Positions 12,100 through 24,853 of a DNA stretch of 64,000 nt are shown in pieces. The notes below the pieces were generated by a model. That model ran no database searches. It had not been told where the DNA came from and was given only the letters and a program-made list of their open reading frames with translations. Source of the stretch: Octopus sinensis (lineage: Eukaryota); contig NC_043026.1 in the NCBI RefSeq assembly GCF_006345805.1, positions 496,001 to 560,000 of the forward strand, read 5' to 3'. Numbering within the stretch: the stretch's first letter is position 1; each line of letters starts with the position of its first letter. The translations under genes and the position numbers were made by a program.

Positions 12100-12545
12100 C
12101 AACCGGTGTTGGTTTCTTTACGCCTCATCATTTCGAGGTCGATTAAATAAGTACCAGTTGCGCACTTGGGTCGATATAATCGACTTAATACCTATGTCTG
12201 TCCTTGTTTGTCCCCTCTGTGTTTAGCCCCTGTGGGTGATAAAGAAATAGGTATTTCGTCTGCCGTTACGTTCTGAGTTCAAATTCCGCCGAGTCGACTT
12301 GCCTATCATTCTTCGGGGTCGATTAAATAAGTACCAGTTGCGCACTTGGGTCGATATAATCGACTTAATCCGTTTGTCTGTCCTTGTTTGTCCTCTTTGT
12401 GTTAGCCCCTTGTGGGTGATAAAGAATAGGTATTTCGTCTGCCGTTACGTTCTGAGTTCAAATTCCGCCGAGGTCGACTTTGCCTATCATTCTTTCGGGG
12501 TCGATAAATTAAGTACCAGTTACGCACTGGGGTCGATGTAATAGA
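12100..12545. mobile_element. Tandem SINE-like array (ccgaggtcgactttgcctttcatc family)
   Basis: Repeated ggggtcgat..aagtaccag / gttctgagttcaaattccgccgaggtcgac units. The same family occurs at 15.6, 23.0, 29.8-30.2, 32.6-33.2, 34.4, 35.6-36.0, 46.3-47.1 and 47.8 kb. Confidence 0.8.
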
Positions 12546-13066
12546 TAGAGAGAGAGGGGGAAGTGTGTGTGTGTGCGTGTGTGTGTGTGTGTGTGTGTTG
12601 TGTGTGTGTGTGTGCATGCGTGTGTTAGTTTCTTTACTAAAACTGATAATCATGAACCACCGACAGTTTCAAGTGTCACCACCACGACTACACCAAATAA
12701 CAACAATAACAACACTACACGCGTTCGTGCTTATCAGGCTATCTACCAATCCCACCGTGTTTACTGGAGCGTGTTTAGTACAATAACTTCATATTAAAAC
12801 TAGCCTATCTTTGTTTCAATCGAGAAATGATACGTGGACAATCATTGGCATGAAAAGTATCAATATCTGTTGCCTTTACTAACCTTTGTGGACAGTTTTT
12901 ATTTCATTGGACATTAGACATAACAGTGGACATAGCTGTCATAATCGGACGGTCCGAAACCGAAGCTTGTGTTGATATCCTGAGACCGCGCAGGCCTCTG
13001 TTGTAGTTTTGGAAGCGGTGCATAATATGGTGTGTGTGGTCATTTTTGGTACTCTCGGACATTACC

Positions 13067-13182
13067 GATAAAAGAGGACAGTCGCCCAGCAGTAAGCATT
13101 AGTGTACAGTGAGAGTGGACATTCCTAACGTTTTTCTCGTTGACCACTGAGAGCATTAGGGCTCCTTCTATCCACTACAAAG
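13067..13182 (+). promoter_or_regulatory. Putative core promoter and non-coding first exon of gene B, upstream duplicate
   Basis: GATAAAAG at 13067, TTAGT at ~13099-13103, donor AAAG|GTAAGA at 13182. Confidence 0.5.
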
Positions 13183-13748
13183 GTAAGATACTGTTTTATA
13201 AGCTTCAGCTTGTTGCTTTGTGTGTGTGTATGTGCATGCGGCATGTGGGTGCGCGCGCGCGTGCTTGTATGTTGTGTGTGTGTGTGTGTGTGTGTGCATG
13301 CGTGTGTTAGTTTCTTTACAAAACTGATAATCATGAACCACCGACAGTTTCAAGTGTCACCACCAACGACTACACCAAATAACAACAATAAAACACCACA
13401 CGCGTTCGTGCTTATCAGGCTATCTACCAATCCCACCGTGTGTTTACTGGCGGTGTTAGTACAATAACTTCATATTAAAACTAGCCTATCTTTGTTTCAA
13501 TCGAGAAATGATACGTGGACAATCATTGGCATGAAAAGTATCAATATTGTTGCCTTTACTAACTTTGTGGACAGTTTTTATTTCATTGGACATTAGACAT
13601 AACAGTGGACATAGCTGTCATAATCGGACGGTCCGAGAACCGAAGCCTTGTGTTGATATCCTGAGACCGCGCAGGCCTCTGTTGTAGTTTTGGAAGCGGT
13701 GCTAATATTGGTGTGTGTGGTCATTTTTGGTACTTCTCGGACATTACC

Positions 13749-13866
13749 GATAAAAGAGGACAGTCGCCCAGCAGTAAGCATTAGTGTACAGTGAGAAGTG
13801 GACATTCCTAACGTTGTTTCTCGTTGACCACTGAGAGCATAGGGCTTCCTTCTATCCACTACAAAG
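13749..13866 (+). promoter_or_regulatory. Putative core promoter and non-coding first exon of gene B
   Basis: GATAAAAG at 13749, TTAGT at 13781-13785, donor AAAG|GTAAGA at 13866. An in-frame TGA upstream makes the exon non-coding when spliced to the acceptor at 16623. Confidence 0.6.
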
Positions 13867-14059
13867 GTAAGATACTGTTTTATAAGCTTCAGCTTGTTGC
13901 TTTGTGTGTGTGTATGTGCATGCGGGCATGTGGGTGCGCGCGCGCGTGCTTGTATGTGGGGTGTGTGTGTGTGTGTGTAATGCATGCATAGTGTGTGTGT
14001 GTACATGCATGCATAGGTGTGTGTGTGTACATGCATGCATAGGTGTGTGTGTGTGTGCA

Positions 14060-14117
<58 letters not shown>

Positions 14118-14159
14118 GGTATTTCTTTATTCACCATAATGTTGAGAAAAAGAGGAGGC

Positions 14160-14310
14160 CCTGTGGTAAGTAGCTTGCTTACCAACCACATGGTTCCGGG
14201 TTCAGTCCCACTGCGTGGCACCTTGGGCAAGTGTCTTCTACTATAGCCTCGGGCCGACCAAAGCCTTGTGAGTGGATTTGGTAGACGGAAACTGAAAGAA
14301 GCCCGTCGTA

Positions 14311-14349
<39 letters not shown>

Positions 14350-14565
14350 GTGTGCGTGTATGTCTGTGTGTCTGTGTTTGTCCTCCTAGCATTGCTTGAC
14401 AACCGATGCTGGTGTGTTTATGTCCACGTCACTTAGCGGTCCGGCAAAAGAGACCAATAGAATAAGTACTGGGCTTACAAAGAATAAGTCCCGAGGTCGA
14501 GCTGCTCGACTAAAGGCGGTGCTCCAGCATGGCCGCAGTCAAATGACTGAAACAAGTAAAAGAGT
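14160..14565 (+). mobile_element. tRNA-derived SINE with internal microsatellite
   Basis: gtggtaagtagcttgcttacc...ggttcagtccca head with a B-box-like motif. Other copies at 17355-17745(-), 37135-37330(-), 41735-42165(-), 45595-46180(+), 50215-50450(-) and 53390-53780(+). Confidence 0.8.
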
Positions 14566-14589
14566 ATACGTACATATAGTTGCATATGT

Positions 14590-15185
14590 ATACTCACACA
14601 CATGCACACACACTCATTATATATACTCACACACATGCACACACACTCCTTATATATACTCACACACATGCACACACACCCATTATATATACTCACACAC
14701 ATGCACACACACCCATTATATATACTCACACACATGCACACACACCCATTATATATACTCACACACATGCACACACACTCCTTATATATACTCACACACA
14801 TGCACACACACCCATTATATATACTCACACACATGCACACACACTCCTTATATATACTCACACACATGCACACACACTCATTATATATACTCACACACAT
14901 GCACACACACCCATTATATATACTCACACACATGCACACACACTCCTTATATATACTCACACACATGCACACACACTCCTTATATATACTCACACACATG
15001 CACACACACTCCTTATATATACTCACACACATGCACACACACTCATTATATATACTCACACACATGCACACACACCCATTATATATACTCACACACATGC
15101 ACACACACTCCTTATATATACTCACACACATGCACACACACTCCTTATATATACTCACACACATGCACACACACTCATTATATAT
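14590..15185. repeat. 33-bp minisatellite, about 18 copies
   Basis: Unit tatatatactcacacacatgcacacacac(t/c)c(a/c)t. It explains the spurious 11-aa-repeat ORFs. Flanked by duplicated SINE tails (14512-14560 and 15187-15233). Confidence 0.9.
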
Positions 15186-16257
15186 AAGGCGGTGCTTTAG
15201 CATGGCCGCAGTCAAATGACTGAAACAAGTAAAGAGAGAGAGAGAGAGAGGGGGGGAGGGAGACAATGTGTGTGTGTAAGAGAGAGAGAGAGAGTATTTC
15301 TTTATTCACCATAAGGTTGAGAAAAAGAGGGGACAATATGGGGACAGACAAAACAAACGTTGGGGGTCAGGGTATCGAATGAGACGAAACGTATGAATAA
15401 ACAAACAATTAAAATATATACAATTAAATGAGAATGAGTGATTAACAAAAAATGAAGCGGAGGAAACGGTCGACCCCACAAACCACAGACTCACACTGAA
15501 GACTTTGCTTTATCCTTTTTTACATTCTCGTTTAAACAGGTTCTTTCACTCGCAACATGCTTGCTATGTACTTCCAGACTTTGCCTTTCTTCCTTTCGGG
15601 GTCGACTAAATAAGTACCAGTTACGCACTGGGGTCGATATAATCGACTTACTCCCTTGGTCTGTCCGTGTTTGTCCTCTCTATGTTTAGCCCCTTGTGGG
15701 CAATAAAGAAATATATATACTTCCATCTTTTACGAAACACACTTTGCGACAGGCATTTCTTCTCCAGCCTTATTTTCCGTTTCATGTGGAAAACTAGACA
15801 AACAGACAGACAGACAGAAAGAAAGAGCGTGTGGGTGCGTGTGTGACCAAGTGTGTGAGAAAGTGTGTTTGTGTGAATGTGAGCATGTGACTGTGTGTTT
15901 GTGCATGTGTGTGTTTGTGTGTTAGTGATAGTGTGTTAGTGTGTGAGTGTTAGTGTGTGCGTGTGTGTGTGTGTTTGTGTGTTTGTGTGTTTGTGTGTGT
16001 GTGTTTGTGTGTGTTAGTGTGTTTGTGTTTGTGTTAGTGTGTTTGTGTATGTTAGTGTGTTTGTGTGTTAGTGCTAGTGTGTTTGTATTTGTGTTTGTAT
16101 CTTCCACTATTTCAGTATCACGTGTCAAAAGTGAAACAATAACATCTCTCTACTTTCACTTTGATAGTTTCACTATTGATACTGAAACTATTAAAGTGAA
16201 ACTTTTATTAAAATGAAACTATTATCTCACATATACTCAGACATACATACATATATA

Positions 16258-16500
16258 TTGGGTTGTCCGGAAAGTTCGTGCCGATTTAGAGTAGCTTACC
16301 TTTCGACTTATTTTAGAACATGGTTGAGTCCATAAAATAGGATTTGACTACACCTCCATTTAGAGCAGAGTTTATGTTCAACAAGAAGCTTTATATGCAA
16401 CAAAATGGTTCATATTTGGCTGATTAAAAATGTAATGGCAAGTATTTATTGACCTTTTCCTTTCCTTTAAGAATCAGCACGAACTTTGCGGACAACCCAA
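16258..16500. mobile_element. Mariner-type MITE
   Basis: TIRs ttgggttgtccggaaagttcgtgc / gcacgaactttgcggacaacccaa with TA flanks. Confidence 0.8.
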
Positions 16501-16506
16501 TATATA

Positions 16507-16544
<38 letters not shown>

Positions 16545-16659
16545 TTATATATATATATAAATTTAAATATAGTAGAGTGTATATGTATTGTATGTAAGTA
16601 CGTATATCTCTGCTGATTCTAGGCTCAGGATTTACCGGTTTCCTTCTATTAGTCCAGCC

Positions 16660-16960
16660 ATGACTACAACGCTGATATTAACCCTTGCAACAATTCTGAC
16701 CGTTACCTCGAATCAAGAATTTGATGAAGCTTACTACAAACCTTTGGAAACTGGTTATTCCTATGGTTATATTGGGACATCTCCAACAGAACACTTCCCC
16801 ACCGTATCAAGTCTACAGGAATGTGCCTTCTATGCTCTAAACAGCCAATCAGAATTCTTTACTTACAACAAAGTCAGCCGTGTTTGTAAGAATTACTCAC
16901 CGAAAGATATAATGGAAGCCGTCAGCACGAGTGACACCAACGAGATTTCCTACTACAGAA
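16660..16960 (+). CDS. Gene B coding exon 1: signal peptide + PAN/Apple-like domain
   Basis: Acceptor ctgattctag|G at 16623, ATG at 16660. Translates MTTTLILTLATILTVTS...SLQECAFYALNSQSEFFTYNKVSRVCKNYS...NEISYYR. Donor A|GTAAGT. Confidence 0.85.
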
Positions 16961-17017
16961 GTAAGTGAGTTATCATCGTCATCATCATCATCATCATCGT
17001 TGTTGTTGTTGTTGTTG

Positions 17018-17091
<74 letters not shown>

Positions 17092-17095
17092 TCAG

Positions 17096-17274
17096 GAAGA
17101 GAATGGATTAAAACTTATGCCATATCAATGGGAGCAAATTCGTTGATCTATAATTCCTTCCTCAATATAGGAAGTCCTTCAACTTGGAATGTGGACAAAT
17201 GCAGTGGTATCTATTGTCCGAATTTCTTCCGGCATCCAATACTTGATATCTGGAACCATCTTCCAATTGAGCAG
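17096..17274 (+). CDS. Gene B coding exon 2
   Basis: Acceptor ttcag|GAAGAG, phase 1 to 0. Translates REWIKTYAISMGANSLIYNSFLNIGSPSTWNVDKCSGIYCPNFFRHPILDIWNHLPIEQ. Donor CAG|GTTTGT. Confidence 0.85.
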
Positions 17275-17879
17275 GTTTGTATACACACAGACACTTACGC
17301 TGCATATAGTCTTGAAGTGTACGGCAGTAAATTTAAGTATTTATACACGTACTCTTTTACTGTTTCAGTCATTTGACTGCGGCCATGCTGGAGCACCGCC
17401 TTTAGTCGATCTAATCGATCCCGGGACTTATTCTTTGTAAGCCCAGTACTTATTCTATCGGTCTCTTTTGCCGAACCGCTAAGTGACGGGGACGTAAACA
17501 CACCAGCATCGGTTGTCAAGCAATGCTAGGGGGACAAACACAGACACACAACCCCCCCCCACATATATGTATACATATATACGACAGGCTTCTTTCAGTT
17601 TCCGTCTACCAAATCCACTCACAAGGCATTGGTCGGCCCGGGGCTATAGCAGAAGACACTTACCCAAGGTGCCATGCAGTGGGACTGAACCCGGAACCAT
17701 GTGGTTGGTTAGCAAGCTACTTACCACACAGCCACTCCTGCGCCTATGCATGTATTTATTTTTAATATGATACAGAAATGCTTATTTTAATCTAATGCTT
17801 CCTTTGCGTATAACGGATCTTTATTCAGCCGGGCGGCAATTCGCAACAAGTACTGTTGTTCCATTGATTTCTTGGTTAC

Positions 17880-18020
17880 TAGGCAGATTCAAAGTTCTAT
17901 GATGTCCCTATAGCAACCGCCCAGAGCATAATCAACAAGCACAAGAGTTTCGACACTGTTAAAAACCTCAGTGGGCATGGAAGGAAACGTAAGGTGTCCC
18001 TCAAATTTACCGGGGACTTC
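17880..18020 (+). mobile_element. Tc1 transposase N-terminal fragment
   Basis: IINKHKSFDTVKNLSGHGRKRKVSLK, a GRPRK-like motif after the HTH. Confidence 0.5.
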
Positions 18021-18169
18021 TGCCAAAGACGAAGTATAGAAGCCGATGAACACTGTGCCCACCGTCACATATATATATTTTATGAATATAGTGTGGATGT
18101 ATGTATGTAGGTATGTAGTCTATACATACATACATACATACATATATATATAATATAATATATATATAT

Positions 18170-18222
<53 letters not shown>

Positions 18223-18315
18223 ATATATATATGCATATAAATATGTATGTATGTATATATATCTTCACATGTACATTATAGATAAATATATGCGTGTGTG
18301 GTGTGTCCGTGCGTC

Positions 18316-18350
<35 letters not shown>

Positions 18351-18422
18351 ATATATATATATTACGGAGATGTACTCGCATAGCAAGTGATTTGATCTGA
18401 GATCGTGTGCTGGAACGAAAAC

Positions 18423-18705
18423 AATTGCAGCGTGGAAGGGTTATAAGCCATTTAAGAAACACCCAAAAGCCGTTCCATTCACTTCAACATTTAAGTTTAA
18501 TTTGTCAAAATATTTTCGTCTCTAAAATCCGCGACCTGTTCACTGACAAAAATCCGTGATGCATCTCAAGGATTTTTGTCAGTGAACAGGTCGCGGTCTT
18601 AAAGCGACGAAATATTTTGACAAATTAAACTTAAATGTTGAAGTGAATGGAACGGCTTTTGTGTGTTTCTTAAATGGCTTACAAACACCTTCCACGCTGC
18701 AATTG
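18423..18705. repeat. Inverted repeat, ~135-bp arms
   Basis: caattgcagcgtggaagg...cactgacaaaaatcc mirrored by ggatttttgtcagtg...ccttccacgctgcaattg. Confidence 0.85.
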
Positions 18706-18714
18706 TATATTATA

Positions 18715-18749
<35 letters not shown>

Positions 18750-19032
18750 CGTTATATATATATATAATATATATATATCAATAAGCACTCCGTCGGTTAC
18801 GACGACGAGGGTCCCAGCTCGTGAAATTAACGTGAAAGTGGCTCAGCACTCCACAGACACGTGTACTCTTAATATGGTTCTCAGGGAGATTCAGTGTGAC
18901 ACAGAGTGTGACGAGGCTGACCCTTTGAAATACAGGTACAACTCATTTTTGCCAGCTGAGTGGACTGGAGCAACGTGAAATAAAGTGTCTTGCTCAAGGA
19001 CACGACGCGTCAGCGGGAATTGAACTCACGAC

Positions 19033-19132
19033 NNNNNNNNNNNNNNNNNNNNNNNNNNNNNNNNNNNNNNNNNNNNNNNNNNNNNNNNNNNNNNNNNNNN
19101 NNNNNNNNNNNNNNNNNNNNNNNNNNNNNNNN
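19033..19132. other. Assembly gap (100 N)
   Basis: Run of N. Confidence 1.
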
Positions 19133-19406
19133 TATATACGTATATATATACATACATATACGTACATATATATATACGTATATATATAATTCATATATGC
19201 ATATGTATAGATATATGTGTATGTATATACATATGTTAAGTTAAGTTAAGTTAATTTTGGGGCTCAAAAAGCAAAAAGCAAGGTCATGTAGGGGGACATG
19301 GAGTTATGTACAGGGTGGTGTTCATGCAACGAGTTCAGGTCATTTCTGGTCAAGAGAGACTTTGAACCGAGCGGTCGTCCGCATCTTCACTATCTCGTCC
19401 GGCAGC

Positions 19407-19437
<31 letters not shown>

Positions 19438-20841
19438 CATACATACATACATAGGTATACACAGACATGCGGGAAGTAAAAAGACACCTTCAATTTTCAA
19501 AATTTCTGATCTAAGCTAAGTAAAGTGAGGCGTGTATTATTATGCGAACAAATTCGCAAAAAAAAAAATGAGCGGGAGAAAATTTCATTGAAATGGTGTA
19601 ACTCTGAAAACGAAGGATTGGGTTTAGAATTTGAGTAAATATTGGCAAGTACACCCGCACACGTTTCTCTAAAAAAAAAAACCTCGGATTTTTGCATGGA
19701 ATCAAGTAACCTGAACCCCTAATGTGCCAATGTGCCGCAAACCCATTGCTTTTGTTCGGAAAAAAGGGTGGGAGGGGGAAGAGGAAATTGCCCTCCCCCC
19801 AATCCCGGCATCATTGGAAATTTTTTTTCGTTGAATGAAATACGGTGACCTAGTATGCCACAAAAACCGTTTTTTTTGTCCGGAAAACGGGGGATGGGGT
19901 GGGGTGGAACTCTCGAAAATTTTACCCACCCCACCTCCAACATTTTATAGAAATACGTTTTCAAGAGTGTGGATTAGATGGTTCGTTATTAAATATATAT
20001 TTACTAGTTGGTACTATGTGAATTAATATGTTAACGTCTATATTGTGTGTATTTTATGCTAAAAATATTTCCAATGATTCTGAGATGGGGGGAGGGTTCC
20101 GATTTCCCACCCCCACTTTTTCCAAACAAAAACAAGGTGTTTGTGGTACATTAGGAGGTCAGGGTACTTGATTCTACGCAAAAAATCCAAGTTTTTTTTC
20201 TTTTTTTTTACTACAAAGGATAAACATCTCCGATCTTCCATTTTTTTTGTAGTTTTCTTGAAATAATACAAAGTATTTCTTCCTTAAGCAGAGTCTACAG
20301 CATAAATTTAAACGATATCTACCATGGATATATATGCCGGAGTGGTCAATATGTGACCATTTGAATATTCTATGACACTAATTCTTTTACTACTCTAACC
20401 AAAAATTTAATGAAGTTTAATTCCATATAAAAATAAATTTGAATAACCAGTGCCATTCAAAGAAATTTAGTTCTCTACATTTGTAAACAAATATCATCTC
20501 TATATTCACGTGAAGATACGTTAAATAGTGTCTTGTTTTTAAAATTTTGTTTTATTTGATTTTCCTGTAAAATTCTGTTGCTCTACAGTATCTTATTAGC
20601 ATCCATTATTGTATTCGAACATTTTTACTGTATATTTGCAATATACTAAAATTCCAGCTCCATTTTTCAAAATCGTCCGAAGTACGGCAACGAGAGGCTC
20701 AAAATAATATTTTGCTTCAACTTCCAATATTGAATATTCCCCTTTCTCTCTTGCTAACATAGAAGTGTTTATAACTGTCTGTCTGTTGCCCGTCTCTGTC
20801 TGTCTGTCTATCTACAGTTTTATACATACATACATACATAC

Positions 20842-20872
<31 letters not shown>

Positions 20873-21207
20873 CATACATACATGCATCATACATAAACAC
20901 ATCCAAAAAAGCACACTCATATGACTATTGGTAAGGATAATACAAATACACACAAGCATAATGAGGCGGTCGTGCATATATACACACACATATATATATA
21001 CAAACATACAAACATGTATATATATACGTATATATGTATATATATTGTATATATATACGTGTATATATATACTTATACTATGTATATATGTACATATATA
21101 TATACATATAGGTATATGTATATAGATATGATATATATATTATTATATATATGTGTATATATATATATATATATTATTTATATTATATATATATAATGTA
21201 TATGTAT

Positions 21208-21253
<46 letters not shown>

Positions 21254-21264
21254 ATGTATATGTA

Positions 21265-21298
<34 letters not shown>

Positions 21299-21672
21299 AT
21301 AAACATGCATACATAGAAACCTACTGAAACGCATCATACATACATACATACATGCATGCATACATAAATTCCTGACAACTGGCAAGATTTCAGACGGATC
21401 TTTCACCAATCTCGTTTGTTTCGTCCCGAGTACATTATTAGATAATTTAATTAACCGCCGCCAAACAACAACAGTAACAACAACAAAACAACTACCAAAA
21501 TAATAGAAAGAACACCAAGCACAGCATTAAAAACACCAGCAGCAGCAGCGGCAATATAAGCAACAACACGAAGAACAAAAACCTCGAAGAAAAGAATCGT
21601 CAACAGCAGCAGTAGTAGCAACAGCAGCAGCATCATTAACAATGACAGTCATAACAACTACAATAACCATAT

Positions 21673-21703
<31 letters not shown>

Positions 21704-22022
21704 GCAATAAAACAAGAACAAAGAGAATCTAAGACGGTTCATATAAAAACTACGGAAGAACCCAAAAAATATATGAAAAATGTTTTGCAAACAAAATCTT
21801 CAAAATACGACCATGTTTACAATTTATGTAACTTCCATAAGCACCACCAGCATGACCCTGGGTATCTCTGTTATGGTAACCTTCACCGTCGCTACCAACG
21901 TAATACCATCTTAACTATCATCACCCCCACTTTCCCCGTTATCGTCTGCACCTTCATATATTTAAGTGTATTTAAGGTCTACTGAGACACACACACACAT
22001 ATATATATACACATATATATAA

Positions 22023-22053
<31 letters not shown>

Positions 22054-22112
22054 ATATATATATATATATATTATATATATACACATACATACATACAAAC
22101 ATACACGCGCAC

Positions 22113-22160
<48 letters not shown>

Positions 22161-22600
22161 TCACGCACACACACACGAACACGTACAGATGTATGAAACG
22201 CCTGATGATAAAAAATAAGAAAATGAAGTCGGGCCGACAGATGCCAGAGTTTGGATAAACAGAAAGCAGTTGAGCTAAGTTGTTAATAAACGCCAGATAA
22301 CCCACCCAACTTTCCCACGGCTACCGCCATTAGCGCACTAATGCCGCTATCAAGACTGCTACCGACATGGCCACCCTTTACTAATACCAGTACAGTTACT
22401 ATGTTCACTACATAATAAATAAATGCACATCAATGATAAAAATAAAAAGAACTAAGTTTAATGACGAGAAACAGTGGCACGTTTTCTTAACGTGGTTTGA
22501 ACCATAAAATTTACACCTGGTTTAGATGAAGTTTGGAAGTCATTTGACAAATCGGATTTTCTTAAAATTTCTACCAGTGTGCACGTATATATATGCATTT

Positions 22601-22962
22601 ATTACCTCCGCCTCCGCCTTAGCAAAGGCGGAGGTATTGTTTACAGTCACGTTTGTTTGTTTGTTTGTCCGTGGACAAGATATCTCAGGAAACGATGGAT
22701 GGATTCGGATGAAACTTTCAGGGATGTTCGGCCTGATTCAATTTTGGGACCAATCCGGTACCGGACAAGGATTCTGGATTAATTTTCCTGTGTTTTTCTT
22801 TACTTAATTTTTGAGAGGGGTCGGGTTCATTTTTAATATTCTCGTTTGTGACAGCAGTCGAGTTTATTTCAGGTATTCTCATTTTAAAAATCGTTTCTGG
22901 CTAATCGTTGAGAGGACGTTGGTGTTGTCTTGGCAGAGGTTGGCGCTCTCTGAGTGCTCTTG
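22601..22962 (+). mobile_element. Non-autonomous Helentron-associated (HINE/DINE-1-like) element
   Basis: TTATTACCTCCGCC...GGCGGAGGT 5' sub-terminal inverted repeat, GTTT microsatellite, 3' TTGGCAGAGGT...GCTCTCTGAGTGCTCTTGTT. Confidence 0.7.
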
Positions 22963-23469
22963 TTATAATAATTTCAAATTATTGTACAAGGCCAGCAAGG
23001 GGAAGGGGTAAGTTGATTACATCAACACCAGTGCTCAAATGGTACTTATTTTATCGACCCAGAAAAAAATGAAAGGCAAAATCGACCTCGCCGGATCTCG
23101 AACGTGGAGACAGACAAAATGCCACTGAGCAATTTTCCCGGTGCGCTAACGATTCTGTCAGATCATCGCCTTATTATTCTGTTATAACAGATAATAAAGA
23201 CTGTTTTTCTATGACTATAAATTTCATGCTTAACAGGGTAGTCATCAGAGGGAAATGAAAATGATTCATGTAAGTTATTTTCTACCGAGAAGTGGCTATA
23301 TTTTAGTGGGTTTTATCGATCTTTGTTGGACGTGCGTATGATGAAACGCTAGCAGAAGAAACTTTCAGCTAATACAGCGGAGTAATATCAATGACGGCAG
23401 CTCATGTATTGATATCGATTCCAAATTCTCATTGATGTTTTGCCTCTCTGGAGATAGCGTAGGATACGA

Positions 23470-23810
23470 GAACAGGCACTCATTCGATTAAGTATCATGG
23501 TACTCCGTCGATTACGGCGACGAGGGTTCCAGTTGATCCGATCAACGGAACAGCCTGCTCGTGAAATTAACGTGCATTTGGCTAAGCACTCCAAAGACAA
23601 GTTCTTGGGGAGATTCAGCGTAACAAAGAGTGTGACAAGGCTGGTCATTTGAAATAAAGGTATAACAGAAACAGAAAGAAAGAATGAGAGAAAGAGCCTC
23701 GTGGAGATTTGCTCAATAAACACTCACAACGCCCGGTCTGAGAATCGAAACTGTGATCCTAAGACCGCGAGTCCGCTGCACTAACCACTGGGCTATTGCG
23801 CCTCCACTGA
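23470..23810 (-). mobile_element. tRNA-derived SINE, family 2
   Basis: Reverse complement of 39871-40250 (gtggaggcgtaatggcccagt..., B-box-like ggtttcgattc). A 3' part also lies at 18787-19032. Confidence 0.75.
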
Positions 23811-24149
23811 TTGGGTATAGACGGTACCAAATCATACTTCACGAAGGAAAAGTGTAGGCAGATCACAGAATATAGATAAACACTGAAGTGTGTGCAGAAA
23901 TTATCAGTAATTTGATCTGGAAATGAGTTCGATTATTGTTTGCAAAACCAAAGCGGTCCAGTAAGTAAGATTATCGCAAAAACAATTAAGCAGATCAAGA
24001 TATGGTTCCTGGACAGATGTAGCAAAACCAGAAGATTACACCAAAGGCATGCAATGCCTAAAGACGTCGCATTGCGTGTACATTCAATAATGATTTAATT
24101 CGCTGCTGCACTTTATATTTAAACAAAAAGAATTCATTTTCTAAACAAT

Positions 24150-24520
24150 GATAATGCTCAAAGAGCCATGGAGAGGTCAATGCTTGGAATCTCGTTGAGA
24201 AAGCACATCAGTAGCGAGATCATCAGAGAGAAGTCCGGCGTGAGGGATGTCATCGTAGAATATACACGCATCAAGTTTAGATGGGCTGGACACGTCACCC
24301 GGCTCACCGATAATCGGTGGACCCGCGCAGTTGTCGAGTGGTACTTGCGCGAGCGGAAACGACCACTCAGAAGGCCTCCACCACGGTGGAGTTACGATTT
24401 CAGGAGGGCGACTGGGTTCGCTTGGATGAGAAAGGCACGATCCAGAGAGGAGTGGACAGCGTGCTGGGATCAGCGATGCCAAATGGACGCCCGACGGACT
24501 GGTCAGTCAAGGTGATGAAG
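24150..24520 (+). mobile_element. RTE-clade LINE 3' fragment
   Basis: QRAMERSMLGISLR...IREKSGV...KFRWAGHVTRLTDNRWT...RKRPLRRPPPRW. Confidence 0.85.
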
Positions 24521-24543
24521 GTGATGTATATATGTATTATATA

Positions 24544-24574
<31 letters not shown>

Positions 24575-24762
24575 ATATATATATAGATATATATATTAAT
24601 AATATATCAAAAAGCAAAAATAAAGATTCAAGTTAATTTAATGAATTTACTTGAATATGGTACCTACTAACTTAGATGCACCAAAAAAAAACTATACTGT
24701 TTTAACAATACAGTAATGTGGGGTGATTATAAGCGAGAAAGAAGCAACAAAGAATGGATAGG

Positions 24763-24853
24763 TTTTAGTACATCGTTTTCATACAAGGACAGGCTTTATT
24801 AAAAGTTGCAAAAATTACAGCATATAAACGTGTCCCGTACTCATCAGCTAAAA
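24763..24853 (-). ncRNA. Type I hammerhead ribozyme, left arm of inverted repeat
   Basis: UUUUAG-CUGAUGA-GUACGGGACA...UGUCCUUGUAU-GAAA-ACGAUG-UA-CUAAAA. Confidence 0.65.

Larger units (their letters stand above)
12565..14010 (+). repeat. Direct tandem duplication of a ~700-bp promoter/first-exon block
   Basis: ~12590-13275 and ~13276-14010 are near-identical and differ mainly by 1-2 nt indels. Confidence 0.85.

Noticed and set aside
14160-14230. tRNA-like heads here and at 39871 and 54200
   Set aside because: They lack a full cloverleaf and are followed by SINE bodies, so they are SINE promoters rather than tRNA genes.
14396-15266. Long ORFs with an 11-aa repeat
   Set aside because: They are translations of a 33-bp minisatellite that is open in several frames.
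15299-15405. UUUAUUCA...GAAACGUA-UGAAUAAA hammerhead-like frame
   Set aside because: The CUGANGA core is absent (CCAUAAG) and there is no clear stem II.
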